DNA from: Eledone cirrhosa | Lineage: Eukaryota | NCBI GenBank assembly: GCA_964016885.1 | Contig: OZ024740.1 | Location: 247,814,001-247,878,000, forward strand | Reading direction: 5' to 3' | Length of the DNA: 64,000 nt | Part shown: positions 27,843 through 41,810 of the stretch, one piece after another | How the letters are laid out: each line of letters opens with the position of its first letter | How positions within the stretch are numbered: position 1 is the stretch's first letter | Program-made: the position numbers and the translations under genes | Notes under the pieces: generated by a model | Seen by the model: the letters and a program-made list of their open reading frames with translations, nothing else | Database searches by the model: none | What the model was told of the DNA's origin: nothing

Positions 27843-28869
27843 GTACGATAAACACGAAATGTGTTTACATTGCAACAGACAAAGTTAGTTATTAATGAAA
27901 TAAACTAATAAAAGTGAATACAATTTGTCTGTCTCGATATAAGTCAATAAAGACAATATTATATTGGCAACAGCCATGATTCCTGGACATATTTAAATTT
28001 CAAAATTCAAACCTGTTCTGTAGACGAATTTGAACCTCGAAACCCAAATAAGTTTCGCAACGGTGGAATGTGAATTGAAAAATAAAGAGAATCAAAATGG
28101 GATAGAAATAAAAGAGTGAAATACCCAAATCTTCTGTGCTTATCAACAGGAATCCAGTAAGATTAGTTTATCACACATCAAAAATTTTGCAAGACTGACT
28201 ACACGTGGGTAGGCAGGCCAGAACTAGCTATCCCACATTCACGGTGCTAGAAATAACAGCCGCTTATGCAGGATTAAGGATCAGCTCATACAATAAAGGA
28301 GCAATACATTATATTATATTTTGAGAATAAACTCTCAGTCATTTACAATAATTAAGCTCCATAAGCGGCTGTTATTTCTAGCACCGTGAATGTGGGATAG
28401 CTAGTTCTGGCCTGCCTACCCACGTGTAGTCAGTCTTGCAAAATTTTTGATGTGTGATAAACTAATCTTACTGGATTCCTGTTGATAAGCACAGAAGATT
28501 TGGGTATTTCACTCTTTTATTTCTATCCCATTTCGATTCTCTTTATTTTTCAATTCATATTCCACCGTTGCGAAACTTATTTGGGTTTCGAGGTTCAAAT
28601 TCGTCTACAGAACAGGTTTGAATTTTGAAATTTAAATATGTCCAGGAATCATGGCTGTTGCCAATATAATATTGTCTTTATTGACTTATATCGAGACAGA
28701 CAAATTGTATTCACTTTTATTAGTTTATTTCATTAATAGCTAACTTTGTCTGTTGCAATGTAAACACATTTCGTGTTTATCGTACACTTTAAATGTATTA
28801 ACTGCTCGGAAGAGACCCTTCCTGGAGCTTAATTATTGTAAATGACTGAGAGTTTATTCTCAAAATATA

Positions 28870-28878
<9 letters not shown>
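27842..28878. repeat. Second subfamily of the ~555-bp monomer as a fold-back
   Basis: 27842-28267 is inverted at 28360-28786. 28308-28360 is inverted at 28823-28878, implying a period of 556. Confidence 0.9.
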
Positions 28879-29633
<755 letters not shown>

Positions 29634-29710
29634 TACCCACTCTACTACCTCAAGTATTGAGTACTTTGGTGCGTTATGGTCCACCTGGTTCCTTACCACA
29701 TTTCCTTCGT

Positions 29711-29845
<135 letters not shown>

Positions 29846-29870
29846 GTATATATATATGTATATATATATG

Positions 29871-29905
<35 letters not shown>

Positions 29906-29917
29906 GTATATATATAG

Positions 29918-29984
<67 letters not shown>

Positions 29985-30998
29985 TGTGTGTGTGTGTGTG
30001 TCTGTGTGTGTATATATAGGCTTGGCAACTCGTTGGTATAGGACGTGAATTCTAGAACGTCCAGATTTGAAATTTTAATATTTTAAATCGACAGTAATCG
30101 GATTTATGTATGGTTAATTTTTCAGAAGACAAGGAAAACATACAAAATAGATAAGTTTTTGTGCTTTGACGCAATTATTTTGAAGTATATTTTACATATA
30201 TTAGCGTTTTCAACATGTTTATTTTCACCGTGTGATACCCTCATAGGAGACAAGACACACACGTGCTGTCTATTTTTTTTTACTACCGTACAGATTATAC
30301 GAAATTTAATTTTAATTTAACTTAAGTAGATCTTGTATTATTTTGATTTTTCTGAGTAACATAATTTAATTTAATATAATTTTATTTATTTATTGTTTTT
30401 GACTCGGTGATCATGTGTGTTTGTTATTTGGTGTTTTCTTGTTTGATATATTGATATTACAATAGCTATGGTCAATCTATGCGGTTCCCGTTATTTATAT
30501 GTGTAAACAAACATTTAAATTCAACTTATATACAACTTACATCGTGTTTCTATATCTTTAACATTTTCGGTTTGTTTCATTCGGTTTCTTCATTCATTCA
30601 TTTAATTTAAAATTTATTATTATTATTATTTTTATTCCATGAACTGCTATTCCTCACGCTGTCTCTATCTCTCTTCTTCCTTCTCTCTCTCTCTAGATCC
30701 ACGAACTCTCTCCCTCTCTCTCTCTAAATCGTACTTGAATTTCTCACCGGACATATCTATCTCCTCTCTCTCTCTGACCTTTCCCCCACTCTTCCCGCTA
30801 TCTCTCTCTCTTCTCTCTCTCTCCCCTTTTCTTCTGTTTACTTTTCTCTCTCTATGGATCGCACAAGCTCTCTCTCTCTTTTCTCTAGATCGCTCCTTCA
30901 ATATCTCACTGGACTTATATCTCCCTCTCTCCCTCTGTCCCTCTCTAACCCTCTACCCTACACTTCTCACTGTCTCTCTTTCTCCCCTCCACAGCGAA

Positions 30999-31943
30999 AT
31001 GGACTGCATACAGGAAAAAAGGTGAAATTAGGAGTCAGCGAAACTGGTCAAAGATGGAACTAGCGGTTTTGATCAAGGGGTGGACATGGCTGATGGGTCT
31101 TCACCAAGCAAAAAGATGGCGGAGAACCTGAAAAGCCATGGGTTTCTGAGGACCCTGGCACAGATAGAGAGAAAGAGAAAAGAAATTGAGAAGGCGTATG
31201 TCCTCATAGCGCCACATATGGCGATGCTAAGCCGTGTCCTCAGGGAGGAGAAAAACCGAAAAAACCGAAGAGAGGGATGAGGAGAAAGAGAAGGAAAAGG
31301 AAAAAGTAAAGGAGGAGAACACAAGCACGGACCTGAAAGAAATGATATACCCTCCGCCACAGGCAGGGAGGGAAAGCCGGGCAACCAACAAGCAAAGGGC
31401 ATAGGTGAAAAGCGAAATCCCCTTCCGAAGGAGAACCAAGCGCAGAGGGACCAGTGGACAACTGTTCAAAGGAAGAACAGAAAGCACCGAGACACTGGGA
31501 GCAAAAAACCCCAAGTAATGTGCAAGTTTTTCAAGAACGGGACATGCTGGCATGGAGAGACAGGGATGGGATGCAGATTCGCCCACCCCAGGTCTCAAAT
31601 GAACTATGCCCATCCTACTCGCGCAACATGCCCCAGCCAAAGCCGAAATAAGCCGCTCCAGAAGTATGCTGATGTCGCGCGTACCGCACCAACAAGGAGA
31701 AGGCACGCACATGCCGACGAGATACAGATGGCAGCAGCAGAGCAGAAGAATTTTTTAGTGATGGCAGAGAAGATTGTGGGACAGCTGACCTGGCTGCATC
31801 GTCTCCAGAGCCAGGGCCATCCACACCAGCACTCGAGACCACCACAGTTAAGGGACCCAGAGTGGCCGCCGCTGACACCAGACCAGGTGTCATACCGACA
31901 GCCATTACTGGCACCCCAAAAGTCACACCAGTGCTGCTGCTGA
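30999..31943 (+). pseudogene. LINE ORF1 remnant (coiled/basic region + CCCH zinc finger)
   Basis: CKFFKNGTCWHGETGMGCRFAH in ORF 31518-31943; upstream pieces are interrupted by stops. Confidence 0.6.
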
Positions 31944-34907
31944 ATGTCAGAGGCCTGGTGAAACTCAGTAACATGAGTAAAATTTCCTACCTGGGATACT
32001 TAGCCATAAGCAATCAAGCACTATGCATGGCACTAACCGAAACGCACCTGACAAACAGTATAGCAGATGCAGAAATACATATACCGAAATATACTGTATT
32101 TCGTTCGGACAGGAAGGAGAGAACTCATGATGGGGTTGCTCTGTATATCCGTGAAGATGTCACACCAATTGTACTGTTGACACATTCAAACTCAGTCTGT
32201 GACACACTGATAATACATATGAAGCAACTACAGACAGTGATATGTGTCACGTATCGGCCGCCCGATGCCCCCAGTCATGAGGGTAAATTTGAGGATAGCC
32301 TAAGTAGGATAGAAGAAGTCCTTGACAAACTGGACCAGGGTCTCAACATCCTACTACTGGGAGACTTCAACCTACCAAAGGTCAAATGGCCTGAGGGCCA
32401 CCTCCTCCCTGGAATGACGTCAATAGAACAGAGACAGACGGAATCCCTGCTGGCCCTCACACACAGGCTGTTCATAGAGCAAGCAATACTCCTCCCAACA
32501 AGAGGCGAAAATGTCCTGGACCTCTGTTTTACAAACAACGAAGTGCTCATCCACAATGTAAAGGTGACACCAACAATTCTCTCGGATCATAACTTAGTAG
32601 AGCTAATGATATGTGGTCCAAGAGAACCAACAGAGACAAAACCACCAAGAAGCTCCGGGACGTTATCCAGCCTTAACTTCTACTAGGTTAACTGGAAAAA
32701 GATTAAGAGAGAAATCCGGAAGCAAACATGGAGTGAAAACACCGCCACACAAGACACTAACACACAATTTCAACACTTCATGACAACGATACACACTATA
32801 TGCAAAAAGTTTGTCCCGGAGAAAGAGGCAAACAGACACAAAAATCTTATTCCCAGAGATAGGAAAATCCTTATGAGACGTAGAACTAAACTCTCAAACC
32901 AGTTGAATAGTCAACAAAACAAAAACAAGAAGGAATCCTATTTGAAACGTGCACTACTTGACACCGAGATTGCACTCAAACTTTCACATGAGAATGAGAG
33001 GGCAAAGAAAGAGAACAGGGCCATAGAAAACATTAAAACAAACCCTAAGGCCTTCTTTAAATTTGCAAAAGAAACTGCCTCAGTACACTGCAAGATTGGG
33101 CCACTCTTCCATACGGACGGTTCATTAACCGAAAACCCCCAAGAGATATGTGAAATACTGAACGAACAGTACAAAAGTGTCTTCACATGTCCACTGAGGC
33201 ACATGCAAATAACGAAGCCAGAGGAGTTCTTTGATGCCACAACACTACATGAAGAAATGGCAACCATCAACCACATAGACATAACGGAGGAGGATGTGGT
33301 GTACGCCATTGATGAAATTAAAACAGACTCGGCTGCTGGACCTGATGGATTCCCAGCAGTTCTCTTAAAAATATGTAAGCAGGCCTTAGCAACTTCACTG
33401 AAGATGCTCTTCAGAAGCTCCTTGGCTAGCGGTGTACTACCCAGGGAGCTGAAAGAAGGCACAATATGCCCTATCCATAAAGGAGGTATCAGAGCGGAGG
33501 CCAAAAATTATAGGCCAGTCTCCCTGACGTCGCATATCAGTAAGGTCATGGAGCGAGTCGTCAGAAAGAAACTGATCACTTTCCTCGAGGAAAATGACCG
33601 CCTGACTAGCACGCAACATGGCTTCCGCCCAGGAAGAAGCTGCCTTACACAGCTGCTACATCACTACGACTGGGTACTGAGACAACTACTAGACAGCTCA
33701 CATGTGGACGTGATATATCTTGACTTTGCGAAGGCCTTTGACAAGGTCGACCACGGAATGATATGTCAAAAACTACACGGACTCGGCATAACTGGAAAAG
33801 TAGGTGAGTGGCTACATGGCTTCCTAAGGGAGAAGCCAGGCAGTCGCAGCAAATGGGGCCCTCTCGAAGGAAACACCAATAACAAGTGGGGTGCCCCAGG
33901 GGACAGTCCTGGGACCACTACTGTTTTTGGTGGCTCTCTCAGACATGCCCTCTGTAGTACATACAACAACATCCCTCACTAGCTATGCTGATGACACTAA
34001 GGTAGAACAGGCAATCAAAAACCCGGCTGACGCTGCCCTTTTACAGCAGGATCTGGATGCCATATACAAATGGGCGGAAGAAAACAACATGCAGTTTAAT
34101 GCTGGCAAATTCCAAGCCCTACAATACAAACCTCCAAACAAACCTGCAAACACAAATATAGTGGAACACAACTACACAGGACCAGGAGGGACCGATATCC
34201 CCGTGTCAAAATCGATACGAGACCTGGGCATAGACATGAGCGATGATGCATCTTTTTCTTCACACATCATGAAAGTGGCGACAATGTGCAGACGACTCGC
34301 TGGGTGGATCTTGAGGGCTTTCCGGACAAGAGATCGAGACACCATGTTGACACTATGGAGGACATTTGTCCTAAGCCGCCTGGACTACTGCTCCCAGTTG
34401 TGGTCACCCCATAGTGTCAAACTAACCACGGAGCTTGAGGCAATCCAGCGAAGCTACACCAAGAGGATTGCCAAGATGAGGGAGACAAGCTACTGGGAGA
34501 GGCTAAAGGAACTGAACCTCTACTCCTTGGAGCGAAGACGGGAGAGATACGCAGTGATCTACATGTGGAAAATCCTGGAGGGACTAGCACCAAACTTTGG
34601 CATTGGGAGCTGGACCAACCGTCGAACAGGACGTCACTGTGTGGTGCCAAAGGTCCCGTCTTCCACATCTAGAATAAGGAACAGGTATTGCAATAGCCTG
34701 GGATTCAAGGGCCCTCAACTCTTCAACAGGCTGCCGAGGGATCTGAGAGACTTGCATGACGTGGAGGTGGATGTCTTCAAGAAACATCTCGACACCTTGT
34801 TATCCAGGATCCCGGATGAGCCCACAGCAAGACACGAGGGAAACCTAAGGGCAGCAGCAACAAACTCCCTCTTACACCAGTGGCCAACCTATACAGGCTG
34901 GAGATAA
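31862..34907 (+). pseudogene. LINE ORF2 (APE endonuclease + reverse transcriptase) with one stop and one frameshift
   Basis: LLNVRGL, LTETHL, YRPP, GDFNLP, LDLCFTN, SDHN; AAGPDG, NYRPVSLTS, QHGFRPGRSC, YLDFAKAFDKV, PQGTVLGP, YADD (33984-33995). TAG at 32684, frameshift near 33830. Confidence 0.92.
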
Positions 34908-35023
34908 AATGTGTAGCAACAAGGGCGGTGCCCCACCATGGCCTCAGCCGGATGGCTGAAACAGGTAAAAGAGTAAGAGTATATATATATATATATATTA
35001 CCCGTATTATATATATATATATT

Positions 35024-35212
35024 AGGGTGGTGAATTGGCAGTATCGGTAGAGGGTTGGACGCCATGTTTTCTATCATAATTACGTCCCTTTGCAGTCTGA
35101 GTTCAAAGCCCGCCGAGGTTAACTTTGCCTTTCATCCTTACGGAGCGATAAAATAAAGTACCAGTAATGTACTGGGTAATTGCTGGTCTTGTGCCTAAAG
35201 TAGAAACAATTG
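35024..35212 (+). mobile_element. tRNA-derived SINE
   Basis: Full-length match to the family. Confidence 0.9.
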
Positions 35213-35395
35213 TATATATATATATCAAATGAAAAACCTGAGTTAAAGACTCGCGCTCGTAATTTAAAATTGTGTTTTCTTTTCTATATTTTTTATATAT
35301 ATATATAGAATAGCTTTCACCGTATTTTTGACTAAAGGAATTTTAGCCTGATAATGGGGTTTAGAACCCCCAGATAAATGGAAAATAATGAGTAT

Positions 35396-35466
35396 TGACG
35401 TACATGGGAGTCGAACCCACATTTTTGGTTATCGCGCCCACTGTGCTACCATTACACCAACATATC
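35396..35466 (-). ncRNA. tRNA-like element (copy 1, mutated)
   Basis: Reverse complement of the cloverleaf at 36908 with a few substitutions. Confidence 0.6.
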
Positions 35467-35704
35467 ACCCATCTCTTTACATTCAAATTAGAAGCTACAT
35501 TCTTAGCGGGTTTAAATGGCAAGTAAGTATGTTTTGAAACAGTGAACAGGTTTGAAATTAGAAAATAGAATAGCTTTCACCGTATTTTTGACTAAAGGAA
35601 TTTTAGCCTGATAATGGGGTTTAGAACCCTCAGATAAAACATACTTACTTGCCATTTAAACTCGCTAAGAATGTAGCTTCTAATTTGAATGGAAAGAGAT
35701 GGGT

Positions 35705-35775
35705 GATGTGTTGGTGTAATGGTAGCACAGTGGTCGCGATAACCAAAGATGTGGGTTCGACTCCCATGTACGTCA
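35705..35775 (+). ncRNA. tRNA-like element (copy 2)
   Basis: A box tggtgtaatgg, B box ggttcgactcc, T5 terminator about 10 nt downstream. Confidence 0.65.
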
Positions 35776-35912
35776 ATACTCATCTTTTTCCATTTATCTG
35801 AGGGTTCTAAACCCCATTATCAGGCTAAAATTCCTTTAGTCAAAAATACGGTGAAAGCTATTCTATTTTCTAATTTCAAACCTGTTCACTGTTTCAAAAC
35901 ATACTTACTTGC

Positions 35913-35945
<33 letters not shown>

Positions 35946-36120
35946 ATAATATATACATATATATATATATATATATAATAAGGGTTGACGGACCCAGCAT
36001 ATTTATCAATGCCAGTACCGGTTGTAGCTCAGAGCACTCAATGGGAAATGTAAGATACATTACCAAAGTATACACATAGTTATTTGCCTCAACACACGTA
36101 AAACGGGTGCCTATAAAGTT

Positions 36121-36220
36121 CCCCGACTCGAGTTTCTGCCGCACTAATGGTGCACTGCACCTTCTGTCTGCATATATTATGCAACAATGCACAATCGGCT
36201 TATGCGGCTTCATCAGCGGG
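36121..36220 (-). ncRNA. Hammerhead with extended stem II
   Basis: cccg-CTGATGA-agccgca..(~60 nt)..tgcggca-GAAA-ctcga-GTC-gggg; stem III is the palindrome ACTCGAGT. Confidence 0.7.
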
Positions 36221-36602
36221 TATCGCCTAATCAATAACCAATCGATCGACAGAATCCAAACACCGGCCCATGCCTGTCATGACTGTTTGTGACAACCGAC
36301 ACGGTAAAGCGATTAGCAACTGGCACCCGATGGGACTCTATCTCTCAACTGGCCACCGATTTACACATTTTACGTGGGGACGGGAAGCTAAAAAGAATCA
36401 ATCTTTTAGTTCCTGTCAGAAGCACTCAACTAACGTGTCTCACACAGAAATTATCAAGGGGTGAAAAGATGGCTATTAGACATAGCAGTTCACATTGATA
36501 TAAAATAGAATGGTAGCATTCGGTTCATGTCTCCAAGCCCCATGGCTAGAGGAAAGCGATGGTAACAATGGTAGTGCCAAGAACCTTTTATATATATATA
36601 TA

Positions 36603-36687
<85 letters not shown>

Positions 36688-36826
36688 AGTATGTTTTGAA
36701 ACAGTGAGCGAGTGTGAGCGAGTTTGAAATTAGAAAATATATAGCTTTCACCGCATTTTTAACTAGAGGAATTTTAGCTTGATAACTGGGTTTAGAACCC
36801 TCAGATAAATGGAAAAAGATGAGTAT

Positions 36827-36897
36827 TGACGTACATGGGAGTCGAACCCACATCTGTGGTTATCGCGACCACTGTGCTACCATTACACCAACACATC
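36827..36897 (-). ncRNA. tRNA-like element (copy 3)
   Basis: Exact mirror of 36908-36978. Confidence 0.7.
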
Positions 36898-36907
36898 ACC
36901 CATGGGT

Positions 36908-36978
36908 GATGTGTTGGTGTAATGGTAGCACAGTGGTCGCGATAACCACAGATGTGGGTTCGACTCCCATGTACGTCA
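36908..36978 (+). ncRNA. tRNA-like element (copy 4; nominal anticodon CGA, non-canonical loop)
   Basis: GATGTGT tg GTGT aatggta GCAC a GTGGT cgCGAta ACCAC agat GTGGG ttcgact CCCAT GTACGTC a folds as a full cloverleaf; G33 and U37 are atypical. Confidence 0.7.
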
Positions 36979-37063
36979 ATACTCATCTTTTTCCATTTAT
37001 CTGAGGGTTCTAAACCCCGTTATCAAGCTAAAATTCCTCTAGTTAAAAATACGGTGAAAGCTA

Positions 37064-37163
<100 letters not shown>

Positions 37164-37258
37164 ATAATAATAAATTTGAAGACTAAAATCCAAAGAGGGC
37201 TCGATAAGGATAAATATATATCAAATATATAAGAACCGTAGAGCAAATATGTATTAAA

Positions 37259-37318
<60 letters not shown>

Positions 37319-37415
37319 CAGTATATAGAGAAGAAAACAGAATTTTCAATTACGAGCGCGAGTCTTTAACTCAGTTTTTTCATTTGATATATATATATAT
37401 AATATGGGTAATATA

Positions 37416-37453
<38 letters not shown>

Positions 37454-37455
37454 CA

Positions 37456-37544
<89 letters not shown>

Positions 37545-37548
<4 letters not shown>

Positions 37549-38089
37549 GGAAGAAATGAAACGAAATTTCATTTCTCACTCTTAGTACGGCTGTTACTTA
37601 AATATAAGTATATATACGTACATACATGTATACAGACGTACAGTAGTATGTATATATATATTTATATATATATATACATACATGCACACATATACATATA
37701 TGTACGTATGGATTCACCGAACATTTATTATAATGCTCGGTGTGTTTGTAAACAAACATCCCGAATTAAACCGTACAGTTTCTAGCAACCATAGTTGCTC
37801 ATTTGTTCAACACTGACAAAGGAACGCTGTACTAGTTTCAAGCTTAGTAGCTATCGTCAGCAACGTATACCTTCCTGCCAGATGGTTGAACGTCTGAAAG
37901 TATATACTTCCTTATGCATATTAACGGCTGAGCAGCCTAATTTGCATATCGAGTGAGTTAATTGGCCGGGGTAGGAAAACGATAAACGGAAAAAATTAAA
38001 CGAAATTTCATTTCTCACTCTTAATACGGCTGTTACTTAAATATAAGTATGTATACGTACATACATACATGTATACAGACGTACAGTAG

Positions 38090-38131
<42 letters not shown>

Positions 38132-38279
38132 CAATATATATATTTGTCAGTGTTGAACAAATGAGCAACGATGGTTGCTAGACACTGTACGGCTTAATTC
38201 GGGATGTTTGTTTACAAACACACCGAGCATTATAATAAATGTTCGATGAATCCATACGTACATATATATATATGTGTGC

Positions 38280-38290
<11 letters not shown>
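37545..38290 (-). repeat. 439-bp hammerhead monomer: 1.25x tandem + fold-back
   Basis: cgaaatttcatttc at 37562 and 38001; 38143-38290 is an inverted partial copy. Confidence 0.9.
37825..37865 (-). ncRNA. Minimal type-I hammerhead ribozyme
   Basis: Same fold as 24241-24281; the only change is in loop II. Confidence 0.9.
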
Positions 38291-38333
<43 letters not shown>

Positions 38334-38581
38334 GAGGTACAGTTTTCCTCGTGTTCAGACACGTTCAATATATAACATAGTGGTGGTGGAGGTAGTGGTG
38401 GTAGGGGTGCTACTGCTGCTGCTGCTGCTACTGGTCAATACTTGCCAGAAATTGTTCTAGCAGACTAATTGATTTCACGATTGCTGCCAACAATGTTATA
38501 TTGCATCAAGTAGATTATATGATTCACCGTAAAGTTTTTCTTTGAGTAAAATGCACATATATATATATATACGTACATTTA

Positions 38582-38635
<54 letters not shown>

Positions 38636-38959
38636 TGAATATGTGTGTTCTGACAATTAACGTAAACGTATTAACACAAACAAATTAAGTTAATAAATGT
38701 ATTGCTGGTTAACCAAAGGGTCAACAGAGAACACATGTCTGCATTTAAATAAAAAATTGTAGACGTTTGGTGTGATTTGAACTCATGTCTCCTTGGTGTA
38801 ATTACCACACTAAGGTAAAGAGCTTGTAACTCCGAATAGAATTGTAGCGGCGCCATCCTGACACACGGCGTGTTTTGGACATTTTATAACTGGCAGAGCC
38901 CATACCTCTCCAAGTCGAAACAGAAGATTTTTTCTGAAGAAACACAAAAATATAGAAGA

Positions 38960-39760
38960 GTCGACCTCAGTATTGGACTGGTACTTTATTTAGAGCCCTC
39001 GTAAGAATGAAAGGCAAAGTTGACTTGACAGAATTTGAGACACTTTATAACCGACGCCCTAACCATTCTGACAATTGGCCGCCTCACAATTGCCACACTA
39101 CAAGGAGCCGAAGTGAAGCTGTTTCGCATTGCCTTTACAGTATTGGGCCGAGCGAGTGTTATGTCCTTAAACAAAACACTTTATTTCATGTTACTCCAGT
39201 ACATTCAGATGGAAAATGTGAGTACTAGAAACAGCTGGGCGGGTAACAATGCGGGGAATATCTGCTATCTAATGAACTTCTATGAACGAGAAGCAAATGG
39301 GGAAGAACTATGCGGTCGTTCGAACTGCTAGAAATTACAACCAAATCTCCTTCAAATCGCACCTTACTGACTTTCCTTTTAATGTTTAGTTAGGGAGGAA
39401 AATGCGGTAGACATAACCTTTTTCAGGATTTCAAAGATTGGTGGTGGGGGTGGGGGCGGAGATAACCACAAATGGAAGACCAGATCCGAATGCTTGCAAC
39501 AGAATGAACTTCTCTAAAGGCAAAAAACGAAAAAGAATTCTGAACAGTTGTCATGATTTCTAATTTAGACAAAAAGCCGACAATTTATGGGGAGGGTTAA
39601 GTCCATTATATCGACCCAAGTACCTTACTGGAACTTTATTTTATCAACTTCGAAAGAATGAAAGGCAGAATTTGATCTTAGATAGCAAAGAGCTGTAATC
39701 AGATACTACAAAGCATTTTGTGCAGCACTCTAACGATTTTACCAATCCATCACCTTTAAC
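38960..39760 (-). mobile_element. Cluster of old SINE remnants
   Basis: Diverged matches at ~38960-39080 and ~39560-39760. Confidence 0.55.
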
Positions 39761-39962
39761 AGCTGTCATAATAACTTGATGTAAATACAAAGAGTAAAAG
39801 ATGATTTGTGAGACAAATAAATATGACTTTTACAGAAGCGATGAATTGACAGAGTCGTTAGAGCCTCGGATAGTATGTGATGGGATTTTGAATCACGTCA
39901 AAGCCAACTTTTCCTTTCATCCCTTTGGTGTCAATAAATATAGTATCAGTCAACTACCGCCC

Positions 39963-39994
<32 letters not shown>

Positions 39995-41168
39995 TCGTTG
40001 ATACAAGGAAGGATAATACATATCCCAGCACCCATTAATCTTTCTACCACAATTCTGTAGCTACAACAAAGAAAAAAGTAAAGAAGCTCGATCTGCTAAA
40101 GTTAGAAGCCAAACCCCCCCTCAAATCATACCCTGTCCTTATAGCAGAAACGTTAGAGTGCCCACAAAATGAGTGCATTATTTCTTACGGCTCTTTCTGG
40201 TCAGCATTGTCATTCATCCTCCCGAGGTTCATAAAATGAAATACCAATCAAGGACAGGATGCTTAGTGGTATTTGCTCCGACCCTTTGCGTTTTAGGTTC
40301 AAATCCTGCTGTGACTTACTTAAATTGTTGACTTAATGCGTCGCGAGTTTAATACTACCCCATAACCGTTAAGTTCCTTTACTAGAGTTCACTTTGTTGC
40401 AAGCACTCGGGTCTGGTCTCGGATTTTAGTAAATCTTTCTTTCACTTTTCATTTATTTGACACGCCATGAAATAATTTTAAAGTAAATACAATACTGTTT
40501 GTGTATTCTTTGAATGGTTAAAATGACTTCCATAATGTAATTCCTTCGGGTTGAATACATGGTGCCAAATCAAGTCACCTGGCACAAAAGCACAACTCTG
40601 AAGTAGACGAAGCAATCTTAAGGTCCCAAATTCTACTCTACTGTAAGACATCTTGTGTAAGTATCACTTACCATAGCTTGACTTGACCAAGGCCTTGTTA
40701 ATGAAATTTGGTTGCTGAAAGCTTGTATGGAAGCCCGGCCTTGTTACACGCAGCCAAGCTGAATCTCAACTAACAATTATGTTAAGGGTACATGTCTCTG
40801 TGGAATATTCAAACACATGCACTCTAATTTTCTGAGCTGGCTATTCCATTGACAGAACAACTGGAACACTCATTTTCAAAGCTGGCGGACCATTCCATAC
40901 CACAGCTTTGAAACAAATCCAACAAATGTTCATAAGTATGCAACTTGAGAGAGAGAGAGACAGAGCTAATTGTTTACCTTTCATTACAATGTAATAATTA
41001 AACTGAACGGCTGAGCTTATAGGAAAATAGATAACATTCCTAGATAATTAACAATAACAAGGATCTTTGGCAGCCACAGATATTGCGCATATCTTTGGTA
41101 AATGATGTTTGAAATAGAGCAAAAGAATGTGTGTGTGAGTGTGTGTATGTATGTGGGTGTTGTGTGTA

Positions 41169-41263
41169 CAGGGTGCGGCAAAATGATCTGAAAATGATCT
41201 GACACATTTATTCTATTTTGTTTTTATTAAACGAACAAATGTGTCAGATCAAATTGCCGCACC
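41169..41263. mobile_element. Small Tc1/mariner-type MITE
   Basis: gggtgcggcaaaatgatctga / tcagatcaaattgccgcacc. Confidence 0.55.
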
Positions 41264-41371
41264 TTCCCCCACTTTCAAGCGTGAAACTAATATTAACATG
41301 TTGTACTGCCTCTTCGCTTCCACATTGTTATATATATACAGAGAGGGGGGGAAATACACACACACCTATAC

Positions 41372-41478
<107 letters not shown>

Positions 41479-41642
41479 AAAATTAGGATTGGTGCTCTGA
41501 AGTAGTAATGTATACATGAATGTATGTATACTATATTTGGCAATATACCGTATGTTTAATTAAAAACATTTTGAAGACCCTGCGCTATTATTTTAAAGTA
41601 GTGACTATGTCACTTCTTTTTTCGGCAAAGGAAGGGAGAGAA

Positions 41643-41683
41643 GGTGACAGATCCTGTTTCACACTGTTGGTGTTCCTCAGAGC
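41643..41683 (-). ncRNA. Minimal hammerhead ribozyme
   Basis: gct-CTGAGGA-acac caaca gtgt-GAAA-caggatct-GTC-acc. Confidence 0.7.
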
Positions 41684-41810
41684 AAATATTACTATACATA
41701 CCAAATATACTATACATACATTCATGTATACATCGCTATTTCAGAGCACGAATCCTAATTTTTAATTTTTGCTGGACCGGCAATCGCTCTGTATAATCAG
41801 TTCCTGATTA

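Larger units (their letters stand above)
30990..34980 (+). mobile_element. Near full-length CR1-group LINE
   Basis: Disrupted ORF1 plus APE-RT ORF2, a short 3'UTR, and tail ggctgaaacaggtaaaagagtaagagt abutting (TA)n. Confidence 0.92.
35306..35915. repeat. 260-bp tRNA-containing monomer: 1.3x tandem + inverted 1.05x tandem
   Basis: tagaatagct at 35306 and 35566; acatacttacttgcca at 35639 and 35899; strand switch at ~35638. Confidence 0.9.

Noticed and set aside
36908-36978. Functional tRNA-Ser(CGA)
   Set aside because: No long variable arm, G33 and U37, and several G-U acceptor pairs. Kept as tRNA-like only.
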